Positions 26,963 through 40,591 are shown, counted from the stretch's first letter. The stretch is 64,000 nucleotides of DNA from Octopus bimaculoides (GCF_001194135.2 NC_068981.1:190170270-190234269); one strand, 5' to 3'. Translations and numbers: made by a program. Notes: generated from the sequence alone by a model not told the origin.

Positions 26963-27264
26963 AGATGATGATTCCAAAGATTTTATATGGACCCTCAAGG
27001 GGCATATGGACGCTGGTTAAGAACCACTGATCTTCATCATCATTATCATTATAACGTCCATTTTTCCTTGCTTGCATGGGTCAGATTGAATTTATTGAGG
27101 CAGATGTTCTACAGGAGGATGTCGTTCCTGTTGCCAACCTTCACCCATTTTCAAATAAACTAATATTTTCCCAAGACCAAAAGAGAGGGGGGCACTCCAT
27201 GTATGATGGTGACACTCATTAACAACTATCATATGATGTCTAGATGAACATGCAGCAACACACA

Positions 27265-27670
27265 TAGAAACGATTACTGGTGGAATGTACCAGTAAAGAC
27301 CTCAATAAAATATGAGCACAACAGACCTGATATAATGATTTGGGATAGAGAAGAGAAACTGTGTACAGTTGTGGAAATTAGCTGCCCAGTAAATGTTAGC
27401 ATAAAGCTGAAGATCAGTGAAAAAGAGAACACCTACACTGAAATATTGAGAAATGTGCAGATTACAAGTTCAGGTTTATACCTGTAATTATTGGGGCACT
27501 GAGATATGTAACACACTGCCTAAATACCAATCTTGAGAAATTAGGCTTCTCAAAACTAGAAATTAAAAAGCTAATTCGAAGACAACAGATCGAAACCATC
27601 ACTGGAACTGTAAAAATCTGTAAAACGTTCCAGAAGTTTATCCTTTAATTATATATGAGCATGTCTAGAT
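27265..27670 (+). mobile_element. R4/NeSL-type non-LTR 3' fragment (RLE domain), family F
   Basis: YWWNVPVKTSIKYEHNRPDIMIWDREEKLCTVVEISCP..FIPVIIGAL..GTVKICKTFQKFIL* (PD-(D/E)xK-like). Confidence 0.75.
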
Positions 27671-28176
27671 ATGTAACTATNNNNNNNNNNNNNNNNNNNN
27701 NNNNNNNNNNNNNNNNNNNNNNNNNNNNNNNNNNNNNNNNNNNNNNNNNNNNNNNNNNNNNNNNNNNNNNNNNNNNNNNNNNNNNNNNNNNNNNNNNNNN
27801 NNNNNNNNNNNNNNNNNNNNNNNNNNNNNNNNNNNNNNNNNNNNNNNNNNNNNNNNNNNNNNNNNNNNNNNNNNNNNNNNNNNNNNNNNNNNNNNNNNNN
27901 NNNNNNNNNNNNNNNNNNNNNNNNNNNNNNNNNNNNNNNNNNNNNNNNNNNNNNNNNNNNNNNNNNNNNNNNNNNNNNNNNNNNNNNNNNNNNNNNNNNN
28001 NNNNNNNNNNNNNNNNNNNNNNNNNNNNNNNNNNNNNNNNNNNNNNNNNNNNNNNNNNNNNNNNNNNNNNNNNNNNNNNNNNNNNNNNNNNNNNNNNNNN
28101 NNNNNNNNNNNNNNNNNNNNNNNNNNNNNNNNNNNNNNNNNNNNNNNNNNNNNNNNNNNNNNNNNNNNNNNNNNNN

Positions 28177-28242
<66 letters not shown>

Positions 28243-28254
28243 TACATACATATA

Positions 28255-28509
28255 TTAGGTTGACTCACATGAAATGTCGCACTTGAAAAAGGAATCATGA
28301 AAATTATTTTTTAAATTCTAGAATATTTATTTATTTAATCAAAATATGATCCTTGTTGATTTATGATCTTTATCCAACGTTCCTGTAAGACATATATTCC
28401 ATCTTCAAAGAATTTATCATCTTTTACACTGATAAACTGTTTGAATGCTTCAATGACCTCTTCTTTATTTAAGAATGTTTTATTGCTTAAGTGTTTAAAT
28501 ATGTGATAA
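28255..28509 (-). mobile_element. Mariner 3' part and terminal repeat, separated from 31418-31865 by the Chapaev insertion
   Basis: YHIFKHL..NKTFLNKEEVIEAFKQFISVKDDKFFEDGIYVLQERWIKIINQQGSYFD*; terminus ta-ttaggttgactcac at 28253-28268. Confidence 0.85.
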
Positions 28510-31417
28510 CACTAAGAACAAAATTTTTGCTACTATTAGAAAAAATGGTGCTCATATGTAATTTTGGAGTGCTGATTCCGAATCTGCAATCATTTTTGCT
28601 CTAGCTTGTCACGTTTTTGTGCTATTATTATTATACTGCTATCAAAATTACAATAATGTGAAAATTCATGACAAATAAAATGAATGTTATGTTAAGCATA
28701 AATTACTGTTATTTTGTATAAGAATAATAGCAACTTGGTGGACAAGTAGCGCTAAAACCAATAAAACAAAAGTGTAAAGTGAATATTATTAATTTTATGT
28801 TTTTCAAAAATAGCTTTGGCGTCTTCTTTTACGCTTCTTTTGCATGTCCATTTCTCGTTTTAAAAACTACCAGTAGTCCGTCAGCATGTTTGGTGTAAGT
28901 CTATCACTGTAGCAGCTTTCTAGCTTTTTGATTTCTTGATGAAATTATTCACCATGCTCATTGCCTACATCACCCATATTGGGTGGCAAAAAAAAGATGA
29001 GAGTGGAGAAAATGAATTTTTGGAGACATTCTTGCCCCAAGTTGTTTATAAACTTTCATAAGATTATTTACAATTACAACATAGATGATTTTTCATATCC
29101 CAAAATATTTTTTACAAGAGAAACAAACATTTCCCAAGCAGTTTTCTCTACTGGGCTTAATTTTTCTTGAAAAAGCTCATCACAAATTAGTGTGAAAATT
29201 TCTGGTCCATTAAAATCACCAGCTTTGATCTTAGCCAGAAACTCTTGCTAGAAACAAATTTTTCACTGAGATATTTGAATCCTTCATGTCTTCATCCATG
29301 GCTTTAACAAAATTCTTAAACAAGCCAAGTTTAATGTGTAAGGGAGGAAGGTAAATTTTCTGAGGGTCAACTAACGGGATATATTTAACATTGTATCTCC
29401 CTGGAGTGAAATCACTTCTCTTTGGCCACTATTTTTTGATTATAGTGATGCTTGTCATCTCTGCTGTTCCAAAGGCACAAAAAGCACCGATGCTTTGTAT
29501 ACCCCATTTGCAACCCAAGAACCAAACCAATAACTTTCAAGTTCCCACATATATTCCACTTGTGCTCAGAATATTTAATCAAGTGCAAAATTTTATCCAT
29601 TGATTCATTAAGTTTCCTTTTATCCTACAGCATGTGCCAGTGGTATTGAAGGTTTTTGATTGCCATTATGCAGTAAAACAGCTTTTTGGCTTGCTTTGCT
29701 GGAATCTATGAAGAGTCCCCATTCTTCAGGATTATGGCCATACCCATCTCACATGGGAGTCCTTTAACATCACAACAAAAACAAATACCGTCTTTCTCCA
29801 TAAAAATTTCATGCAATTCTGTATGCCATTTTCGAAAATATGAGCATTTTCCGCCATTGTGTAAAAGATTTCATTGTTTCAACCTGGAGCCCAGTAGTTC
29901 TGACTTTTCTTTGGTTAGACCCAATTCTCTAACTAAATCATTTAACTCAAATTGACTTAATAAATGAGGGAATCTTTTTGAAGATCCGGATTCATCACGG
30001 TGATCTGCTGTATCACTTGGCATGCCTTCAATTGAAGTAAATGTCGTACTTTCTTCACTTAAACTATCTTTGTCAAAAGATGAAGGAAGTTCTGGAATTG
30101 GAATATTTTCAGCAGCATGAGCAACTGGTTTCTAAAGCTGAAGGGCAATCTAGATAAACAATATTGGATTTATTCTTCGTAGAGAAACCTGTGATGTTAG
30201 TTAAGCAGAAATAACAGTCGGTATGTGTAGTGGCTTGTTAGTTTGTGCCATATCATTAGTACTGCAAATGGCACACTTTTCCGTTTACCATAAAGCCATT
30301 GGCTTAGTGCTATGTAGCAGTTTTTGCAACAAACATGAGGCGCCCACAGTTTATCTTGGTTCCAAACTTTGCACCCAAAGTAAAACTTGTAAGTATTTAA
30401 AAATTTCTTTGTAATCTTATTTCTCTGATCTTTTGGTGTAAATTTTCCACACACGTAACAAAAGCTGTCCGGGTGATTAACGCAAACTTTTCTGCTCATC
30501 ATAAATACATACAGTAATAACCTAAATTAACACTCAAAGAAGCCTATCCCCATCATCATCCTCATCATCATCATCGTCATCGTTTAACGTCTGTTTTTCA
30601 TGCTGACATGGGTTGGACGGTTCGACTGGGGTCTGGGAAGCCAGGAGGCTGAACCAGGCTCCAGTCTGATCTGGCAGTGTTTCTACAGCCGGATGCCCTT
30701 CCTAACGCCAACCACTCAGAGTGTAGTGGGTGCTTTTTATGTGCCACCAGCACAGGAGCCAGTCAAAGTAGCGCTGGCATTGGCCACATTCGGATGGTGT
30801 TTTTTACGTGCCAGTAAACTAAAATATAAAATTGATCAACTGTAAATATTACTATAAAACATCAAAATATATTTCTCAAAAACAAATTCTTGAAACTATT
30901 ATAGAATTTTCCCCATCTCTAAATTTCAAACATTGACCACTTGAATAAATAATTAAACTTACTACTAAACTACTTTTCATACCACCTGACTCTCTTATTT
31001 GATATTCTTTGTTTTAACAGCACTAGCAGTTATCAAGGAAAAGGAGTTTGGGTGGCTTACTATAACCTAATATCAATAGCCTAGTGTCTGGAGAACTTTA
31101 GTATAATTACAGTGATAACAAAGTAAAATAAATTCTCGTCTTGTGAGGCAATTTAACATGTAGCCTACATTTGCCTCTATCAGCTCTTATTTTTGTTTCA
31201 GTGATGAGTATATAAATGAAAATTGAAAGCAAATAGCCTTCTACTTTGTTAATATTATCAATTGGTTGGAAAATTTGATGCTGTGAATAACTAAAAAACT
31301 ACACATGCTGTCTGAAAACTGATGTCAGATTCGGATTCAACACTCTAAAATTACCCTAAATCAGCTGAAAATGTTTAAATAGCATGACAATTTTTTTTTC
31401 TTTTTTTTTTCCCAGTG
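28510..31417 (-). mobile_element. Chapaev-3-like (CMC superfamily) DNA transposon, end to end, transposase pseudogene
   Basis: CACT...AGTG termini, TAA target duplication (28507-09, 31418-20), 29-bp subterminal inverted repeat (28558/31326, 3 mismatches). Transposase ~28810-30502: CVNHPDSFCYVCG, WAPHVCC, GYTKHRCFLCLW, LPPLHIKLGLFKNFVKAM, KIHFLHSH, EHGE*FHQEI. Superfamily name from motif recall. Confidence 0.8.
30548..30815 (-). mobile_element. RTE 3' UTR fragment inserted in the Chapaev element
   Basis: Same tail family as 3718-4138. Confidence 0.8.
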
Positions 31418-31865
31418 TAATCAACAGGAGAGTAAGGAGGATGTGCCAAAATTGCATAATTCAGGCTTTGCAACTTGTGGACCATTTCTATTCACTAATC
31501 TGGGTTGCTTCTTTTTCAAATTCTCATGCATACAATCAATTTCCTGACAATAGGATGTTGCTGTTACAGTTTTTTCTTGTTGCAAAAATGAATAATGAAT
31601 AACTTCCTTTGTTGACCACCATACAGTGACCATCAACTTTTTAGGGTGCAATGGTGGTTTTGGGCAGTGTCTTGGTAACTCTTCTGCATCTAACTATGGT
31701 CCTGTCCTCCTGTTGCATCCATTTCTCATTTACACATAATGAGTCGATACAAAAATGGTTCTCTTTCCAGCTGAGAAATCAACATGGAACGCACTATTGT
31801 AAGGCGTCTGTTTCTTTGAATCTCATTAAGTTGATGAGGAACAAGTTTATCCATAGCCATAGACT
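31418..31865 (-). mobile_element. Mariner central fragment
   Basis: DKLVPHQLNE..FLYRLIMCNEKW; HPKKLMVTVWWSTKEVIHYSFL; KLQSLNYAILAHPPYSPV; internal deletion removes the HDNA block. Confidence 0.85.
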
Positions 31866-32071
31866 AATGACCGAAACAAAGAAAAGACAAAAGATACACA
31901 CACACACATACACACACATACACACACACACACACACATTGGCATTAGGAAGGGCAGCCAGCTGTAGAAGCCATGTCACAACAGACAACTGGAATCTGGA
32001 CAGCTCCCTGGCTGTTCAGCTCCTGTGAAACCCTCCAACTGAAACCAGCATGGAAAAATGACATTAAATGA

Positions 32072-32105
<34 letters not shown>

Positions 32106-32438
32106 GGTGGTGGTGGTGATGCACAAAGTGTGAAATAAAAGAGAGAAAGAGAGTGAGAGATAATATCTGTTGTAGAGTTAACTCGCAAATGTAAACAGCC
32201 TAATCTAGCAGATCTGTATTTCATCTGTGCGTTTCTGCAGAAAAAAACAATTAGATGCAAGCCACATAAAACCATGTTCTGCTAAAGAATTAATAATCAG
32301 CTACTGATTAACTTACCTGTAATAATACATGTCACAGATATTGAATATAGAATGATGAATAGCAAATACGAGTTTGGAAGGATAAAGATAAAATTTAAAT
32401 CTTGTCAAGACAGAGAGAAACTTAAGCCTTGATATATA

Positions 32439-32478
<40 letters not shown>

Positions 32479-32529
32479 CAAAAATGTAAATCACACTTCA
32501 CTGTAAGTATATGTGTGTGTCTACACCTA

Positions 32530-33084
32530 CGAGGGTGAGTCAAAAAGTAATGCCATTTTGTTTAGGACAGGTATAATTACCAACACAGGAACATGTATCA
32601 TACATCAAAATGAAGCTGGTCGTCGGTGGATCACATCCCTACTTCTCAACATAGTCACCATTTCTCTCAGTAGCAATGTTCCACCTTCGAATGAGAGCAT
32701 GTATCCATGTCCCATGAAATTCTGTTGACTGTTCTTTGAGCCACTTCTTCACTACAAAGTGAAAGAGACAACACCTTCTTTCGAAGACTCTTAACAGGTG
32801 ATGCAACATGGGTTTGTCATTATGAACCCGAATCAAAGTGGCAGTCAATGGAATGGTGCCACTCTACATGACCACTACCGAAAAAGTTCAAGATGCAAAA
32901 GTCAGCTGGAAAAATCATGGCAACTGTCTTTTGGGATGCTCAAAGTGTCATTCCGGTTGATTTCTTGCCAAAAGGAAAAACAATAAACTCATAATAAGCT
33001 TCATTTTGATGTATGATACATATTCCTGTGTTGGTAATCATACCTGTCCTAAACAAAATGGCATTACTTTTTGACTCACCCTCG
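32530..33084. mobile_element. Rearranged 555-bp mariner with 88-bp inverted termini
   Basis: 32530-32617 versus 32997-33084 inverted, 2 mismatches. Minus-strand C-terminus RWNIATERNGDYVEK* at left; plus-strand LLTGDATWVCHYEPESK..SAGKIMATVFWDA in the middle. Confidence 0.85.
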
Positions 33085-33225
33085 TTAGGAAGGGCATCCA
33101 GCTGTAGAAACTCTACCAGATCAGATTGGAGCCTGGTACAGCCATCTGACTTGCCAGTCCTCAGTCAAACTGTCCAACCCATGCCAGCATGGAAAGTGGA
33201 CATTAAACGATGATGATGATGATGA
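33085..33225 (+). mobile_element. RTE tail fragment
   Basis: Starts at taggaagggcatccagc, abutting the mariner end. Confidence 0.75.
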
Positions 33226-33640
33226 TATGTATATATNNNNNNNNNNNNNNNNNNNNNNNNNNNNNNNNNNNNNNNNNNNNNNNNNNNNNNNNNNNNNNNN
33301 NNNNNNNNNNNNNNNNNNNNNNNNNNNNNNNNNNNNNNNNNNNNNNNNNNNNNNNNNNNNNNNNNNNNNNNNNNNNNNNNNNNNNNNNNNNNNNNNNNNN
33401 NNNNNNNNNNNNNNNNNNNNNNNNNNNNNNNNNNNNNNNNNNNNNNNNNNNNNNNNNNNNNNNNNNNNNNNNNNNNNNNNNNNNNNNNNNNNNNNNNNNN
33501 NNNNNNNNNNNNNNNNNNNNNNNNNNNNNNNNNNNNNNNNNNNNNNNNNNNNNNNNNNNNNNNNNNNNNNNNNNNNNNNNNNNNNNNNNNNNNNNNNNNN
33601 NNNNNNNNNNNNNNNNNNNNNNNNNNNNNNNNNNNNNNNN

Positions 33641-33671
<31 letters not shown>

Positions 33672-34159
33672 ATCAAGATTAACAGAATGAGATAAAAACC
33701 CAAGGCTTTGAAAGATTTCATAATATTTATAAAAAGAAGGTCTTACAGCTGTTCCAGGGATATTTTATATATCTCTTCATTAGAGATGGTGCAAGAAAAT
33801 GTTTAAGTAATAGTTATTATAGAGAAGATATGAAATAGAGAGTGAATTGGAGGAATGAAAACAGACATGAGATATGCAGGGATATTGTATTTGCCGTATA
33901 TATTTGTACACATATTTTTGAGGAGATTCTGCATAAAACTGTAATATTGTTGGCTTATGTTGTTTTCATTTCTCTCAAAGTTGGTGTCATGTAGTGCTGA
34001 GTAATAATGAGTTGGTGATGGCTCCTTGTAATTAAAGTAGAGTCAGGTAACAAGAAGAAGTGGTGAGGAACGAGATGACAAGGGATTGGCAGCTAGTGAA
34101 GAGACCTTATGAAGGAGACGGTCCATCCATTAGATGCAAGTATGGAAAATGGAGGCTAA

Positions 34160-34191
<32 letters not shown>

Positions 34192-34758
34192 AGTGATGAT
34201 AGTGATGAGGATGAGGATGAGAATGATAGTGATGAGGATGGTGATGAAGCCATTGCAGGATGACATTGAGAATGGCAATGAAGATAATGATGAGGGTGAT
34301 GATGATGATAACGATGATTATAATGATGATGATGATGATAATGATGATGATGATGACACTCATAACGATGACAATGAGGACGATGCAGAGGAGAATTGAT
34401 GATGGGAGGAGGTGGAGGAGGACGGTGATTATGATAATGGTAGCAATGACAATGATGATGATGATGATGATGACGATGATGATCGTGATGATGATGAGGA
34501 TGATGACGATGATGGTGATATTGCTACTCATGATGATTAGAAAGAAGAGGAGTAGAGGAAGGAAATTTATTTGGCCAGAGTTTCCATCCACTTTTGCTCC
34601 CAACCCAAGACTATGACAAAAGACACTGGCCCAGAATGCCACAAGTTGGGGTTGAACCCAGGAACACATGCCTTAATGCCAGTCATCCCAACATACTTAA
34701 AACATTTCTATCATTGTTTTGCTTTGTAGAATACATCATCATCACCACCACCACCACC

Positions 34759-34820
<62 letters not shown>

Positions 34821-36659
34821 TCTCATCATCACCACTACCACCACTACCACCACCACCACCNNNNNNNNNNNNNNNNNNNNNNNNNNNNNNNNNNNNNNNN
34901 NNNNNNNNNNNNNNNNNNNNNNNNNNNNNNNNNNNNNNNNNNNNNNNNNNNNNNNNNNNNNNNNNNNNNNNNNNNNNNNNNNNNNNNNNNNNNNNNNNNN
35001 NNNNNNNNNNNNNNNNNNNNNNNNNNNNNNNNNNNNNNNNNNNNNNNNNNNNNNNNNNNNNNNNNNNNNNNNNNNNNNNNNNNNNNNNNNNNNNNNNNNN
35101 NNNNNNNNNNNNNNNNNNNNNNNNNNNNNNNNNNNNNNNNNNNNNNNNNNNNNNNNNNNNNNNNNNNNNNNNNNNNNNNNNNNNNNNNNNNNNNNNNNNN
35201 NNNNNNNNNNNNNNNNNNNNNNNNNNNNNNNNNNNNNNNNNNNNNNNNNNNNNNNNNNNNNNNNNNNNNNNNNNNNNNNNNNNNNNNNNNNNNNNNNNNN
35301 NNNNNNNNNNNNNNNNNNNNNNNNNNNNNNNNNNNNNNNNNNNNNNNNNNNNNNNNNNNNNNNNNNNNNNNNNNNNNNNNNNNNNNNNNNNNNNNNNNNN
35401 NNNNNNNNNNNNNNNNNNNNNNNNNNNNNNNNNNNNNNNNNNNNNNNNNNNNNNNNNNNNNNNNNNNNNNNNNNNNNNNNNNNNNNNNNNNNNNNNNNNN
35501 NNNNNNNNNNNNNNNNNNNNNNNNNNNNNNNNNNNNNNNNNNNNNNNNNNNNNNNNNNNNNNNNNNNNNNNNNNNNNNNNNNNNNNNNNNNNNNNNNNNN
35601 NNNNNNNNNNNNNNNNNNNNNNNNNNNNNNNNNNNNNNNNNNNNNNNNNNNNNNNNNNNNNNNNNNNNNNNNNNNNNNNNNNNNNNNNNNNNNNNNNNNN
35701 NNNNNNNNNNNNNNNNNNNNNNNNNNNNNNNNNNNNNNNNNNNNNNNNNNNNNNNNNNNNNNGAACCGCTAAGTTACGGGGACGTAAATACACCAGCATC
35801 GGTTGTTAAGCGATGTTGGGAGCACAAACACAGACACACAAACATATACACATATATATATACATATACATATGTACATATATACGATGGGCTTCTTTCA
35901 GTTTCCATCTACCAAATCCACTCGAAAGGCTTTGGTCGGCCCAAGGCTATAGTAGAAGACACTTGCCCAAGGTGCCATGCAGTGGGACTGAACCCAGAGC
36001 CATGTCGTTGGTAAGCAAGCTACTTACCACACAGCCACTCCTGTAACCCCTCTTGTTTAATGTTTATCAAGCAATGCCTGCTGTCTGTCATGTGACACTT
36101 CTATTTCGATAGACATCTCTGCATGGTTCTGTCAAACTTAACTGAAATTAAAGCCAAGAATGCTTTGATGTCTGCTGCGACAGATTGTATTTTTGTTTTG
36201 TGTATTGAAATATGAACCTGTGTGTGTGTTTATTCGTTTATTCGTTTATTCGTGTATTCGTTTATTCATTTATTTGTTTCAGTCATTTGACTGCGGCCAC
36301 GCTGGAGCACCGCCTTTTTAGTCGAGCGAATCGACCCGAGGACTTATTCTTTGTATGTAAGCCTAGTGCTTATTCTGTCGGTCGCTTTTGCCGAACCGCC
36401 AAGTTACGGGGACGTAAACACACCAGCATTGGTTGACAAGCGATGGTGGGGGTCAAACACACACACACAAACATATATATATATATATATATATATATAN
36501 NNNNNNNNNNNNNNNNNNNNNNNNNNNNNNNNNNNNNNNNNNNNNNNNNNNNNNNNNNNNNNNNNNNNNNNNNNNNNNNNNNNNNNNNNNNNNNNNNNNN
36601 NNNNNNNNNNNNNNNNNNNNNNNNNNNNNNNNNNNNNNNNNNNNNNNNNNNNNNNNNNA

Positions 36660-38160
36660 TATATAGTAGTTGTATCAGATACAATGGTACAGATCCTTTT
36701 TGCTAGATTGAATGGGATATTTATTTTGGTGTGTTTGAACTGAAAAGGAGATACTGTTTTGAGTCTGTTTGGTTTGTAGTTGGTTAGTTGTAATTTGGTT
36801 GTTGGAATTTTTTATAATCAAAATGTCCAGAAATGGGAGCTGTTCCTTGCTATATTCCATTGTAAATTGAATATTGGAGTTTATATAGTTCAGTGTGGAT
36901 TTGAAGCCCAGAAGTTTATCATAGGTTTCATTCCAGATGATAAAACAATCGCTTACGTACCTTTTCCAGTTTTTTCTTATATACTGTTGGAATGGGGGTC
37001 CAAATCTTTGAAGCGAAAGTTCATATAGAGTAGAATCAAAGAAACCCATTATAAGGTTCGCAAGGACAGGCGCTGCTTTCATTCCCATCGCAATACCGCA
37101 TTTTTTTTGCGGTAGTATGTTGGATCAAATAGGAAGTAATTGTTTTGTAGGATGAACTTCAGAGATTCAATAACAAAAGTCTGGTTAATGCGATCCGGGA
37201 GAACTTTGGGGTATTTTTCTAACCAGAATTTTATTGCCTCTATTCCATAGTCATGTGGAATGTTGGTGTAGAGGTTGACGAATCGAAGGAGACTAATGGT
37301 GTTTCTTTGCTGGTGATTTTTGGTAGCTGCTCTAGTATGTCCAGATCGTCTCTAATGAAACTTTTAATGTATCTGAGAAAAGGTTTCAATAGTATGTCCA
37401 GAAAGTTGCTTAGGCTGGGTCAGCTATAATAGGCCTTAATTTTAAGTCTTCTGGTGTTGGAATACTTATGTATAGACCTGGATTTGATTTGCAGGCTTTA
37501 GTAATAATTTGACTCTTGTGGATTTTGGGGGAAGCCATAGAAAAGGCTTGGTTTGCATTTAAAGTTTGTGATATAGTCTTTTTCTTTTTCTGTGAGGCCC
37601 TTTCCATGCTTGAGTATTAAAGTTGCAAGATTTCTTAATATTTTTTGCTGCCTATAATTATCAACTTTTTCATAAAAGGAGTCATTTTCTAGTATGGACA
37701 ATGCTAGGTTTTTATAGTATTCTGTGTCCATCACTACTACAGCACTACCTTTGTCTGCTTCTTTGATTGTCAGGTCTTTGTCATGTTTTAGCTGTAGTAG
37801 GTACTTCCATTGTAGGTCATTGGAGTTAGGTACAATTTTTGATTTATAGAGAGTATGAAGAATATTCTGGATACGGTTGCAGAGGTCGTCTAGTGTTTTA
37901 TTCCTTCCTTTGGGTGGTAGGTAATTACTTTTGCTTCTCACTAGTGATTCATCATCGTTGTTGTAGTTTGTTAATGCTTCTGTCAATCAAAGTTTTCTAC
38001 AGAATTCTGCAATATTATCTTTAATTTCATTGGAATTGGGTCTATGTGGGGTGGGTGTAAATTTTAAACCTTTAGCTAAAATATGGATTTTTGATGTGGA
38101 GAGAATTTTCTTAGATAAATTGATTATTTTGGGTTTCTCCCGTAAGTTCTGTTCCAATTG
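36660..38160 (-). mobile_element. Penelope-like element RT pseudogene
   Basis: KIINLSKKIL..LAKGLKFTPTP; IKEADKGSAVVVMD; FYGFPKIHKS-like; LRPII; MGMKAAPVLANLIMG; WKRYVSDCFIIW; EQLPFLDILI. Frameshifted. Confidence 0.85.
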
Positions 38161-38420
38161 ATAATTATAGGCAGCAAAAAACATTAAAAGGTCTTACATC
38201 TTTAATACTCAAACATGTAAAAGGCCTCACAGAAAAAGAAAAAGACTACATCACAAACTTCAAATGCAAACCAAGCNNNNNNNNNNTTACTAATGCCTGC
38301 AAATCAAATCCAGGTCTATACATAAATATTCCAACACCAGAAGACTTAAAATTAAGGCCTATTATAAAGGGCCCAGCCTGTGAAACACCCCACCTAAGCA
38401 ACTTTCTGGACATACTATTG
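38158..38420 (+). mobile_element. Inverted, diverged copy of an internal segment of the same PLE
   Basis: Matches the reverse complement of ~37375-37665 with several substitutions; short gap inside. Confidence 0.8.
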
Positions 38421-39192
38421 GAACCCTTCCTCAAGGCCAATCTGTGTCAAGCAGCTCTTTACTCTGCATGCTTTAGCCTCGTTACTATGGCAACAATCCG
38501 GATACTTATTGATCAGACCACATATATGAATAAATATGGTTGAGAAAGTTTCTTACATACTGTGAGAAAATCTAACTTTAAAGATATTAACTGAGAAGGT
38601 ATTTCTTAGACAGAACAACAAGAAAACAGAAGACCCCCCCACACACACACGCAACCCACCTTTCCCTCACCAACAGCAGAAAACAGAATCGCTGACAGGT
38701 AATATTTAAAGGAATTACAAATAGTTGAAGATTTATTAAAAAATTATTAGACATAAATTCACGGCTCTGCTTTTCTGTGAAGTAACACGGTACATAAGGA
38801 ATGGAAAAATAGCAAAAAGCAAAGAACACCTGTGACAGATGAGAGATAATGGTAAAAGATATGAGAAGGACAGGTAGAGAAAGCTAATTAGAACATTACA
38901 TAAAATATATATTAGTCAAATATGAAACAAAAGAGAGAAGTGTTTCTCCTGTGTTCAAAGGAGATAAGGAGAAAAGGTGTTGTGCATATTCTGTGTAGCA
39001 ACAATATGGTCGATGAGAAAAAAAGTTCAATATGTCTTTAAGGAAAAACATGCTCACACATACACACACACACATATCTATGTGTACTTATAGACATACA
39101 TACATGTATATATATATATATGTATGTATGTACATATAGATATATGCATGTGTGTGAGTGTATATATATGTGTATATATATATAAATGTGTG

Positions 39193-39245
<53 letters not shown>

Positions 39246-39528
39246 TTCTGCATGTGTGTGTATATATACATGCATATATACGTGTGTGTATGTATATGTT
39301 TATATATATGTGTTTGTGTGTGCGTGTGTATATATATATTTACATACACATAAACATATACATATATACATAAGTATATATGTTTGCAGGTTGATATCTA
39401 TATATATGCACGTATATGTATATACATATATGTATATACGTGTGTGTATTTATATATATACATATATANNNNNNNNNNNNNNNNNNNNNNNNNNNNNNNN
39501 NNNNNNNNNNNNNNNNNNNNNNNNNNNN

Positions 39529-39571
<43 letters not shown>

Positions 39572-40284
39572 GTATATATATATATAAATATACGTATATA
39601 TATTCATATATACATGCATACATATATATGTATATGCATACATGTGTGTATACATGTGTGTATGTACATGTGTGTATGTACATACATGTGTATTTATGTA
39701 TGTATATATATATATGTGTGTGTATGTGTATGTGTGTGCGAATGTGTGCATGCACGTATCTGTCTGTTCTAGTCTACAGAATTGATTCTATCAGGAAATT
39801 CTATCCTTTACCAGTGTTTGTAGCAGTCAAAAGAGTGCAAAAGTATGCGACATAACAAACCTTCAGGAAAAGCAACAACAAAACATGTTTAGCTATCAAA
39901 AGAGCTAAATTGAATCTCTGCAACCAAATTTGGAAAATCTATTTCTCATTCCGACTTAACTCTCTCGGTAACAAAGGGTTGGCATTGCCTTTAAAAGAAT
40001 TATAGATTAAGGTCCACAGAAACGGCTCAATCATTCTCTATTATTTTCTTTAAGTTACAATTTCCTACTTTAGCATCTCCTCTGTTTCCTCTCCCACAAC
40101 TGTTGGAATAATTCCTGCCCCTTTCAACCTGATATTTCTATGCTAACTCAACGTAAAATCCCTTTGATGCAACACAGAAATCACCTCTGCTTCACTCTTC
40201 TACCAATCATGCTGCTTTAGTCTGGGATGGAGGGACAAGTCCCATAAAGTTCCTGGCTCTCGAACTTTGTGGAAGAAATCAGTT

Positions 40285-40450
40285 GTACAGTTCTATATTT
40301 AAGAGATGAGGAATTATGTACATTATTTACATTATTTACATTTGACAGATATTTGTCCTCAACGTTTCGGCTGATATATCCTCCAGCCTTCATCAGGTGT
40401 CTTGGGGAAATTTTGAACATGGGTTCTCATTCCTAAGGTATTTTTCGATG
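40285..40450 (-). mobile_element. SINE E body with hammerhead core (40361-40401)
   Basis: Minus strand gacac-CTGATGA-aggctggaggatatatcagcc-GAAA-cgtt; deletion just after the core. Confidence 0.75.
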
Positions 40451-40472
40451 TTATTATTATTATTATTATTAC

Positions 40473-40531
<59 letters not shown>

Positions 40532-40553
40532 CGAGTTCAATTCTAGGCAGTGA

Positions 40554-40591
<38 letters not shown>

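Noticed and set aside
36055-36210. Possible host exon between repeats
   Set aside because: Short open frames with weak splice-like sites and no recognisable protein similarity; RNA-seq would be needed.
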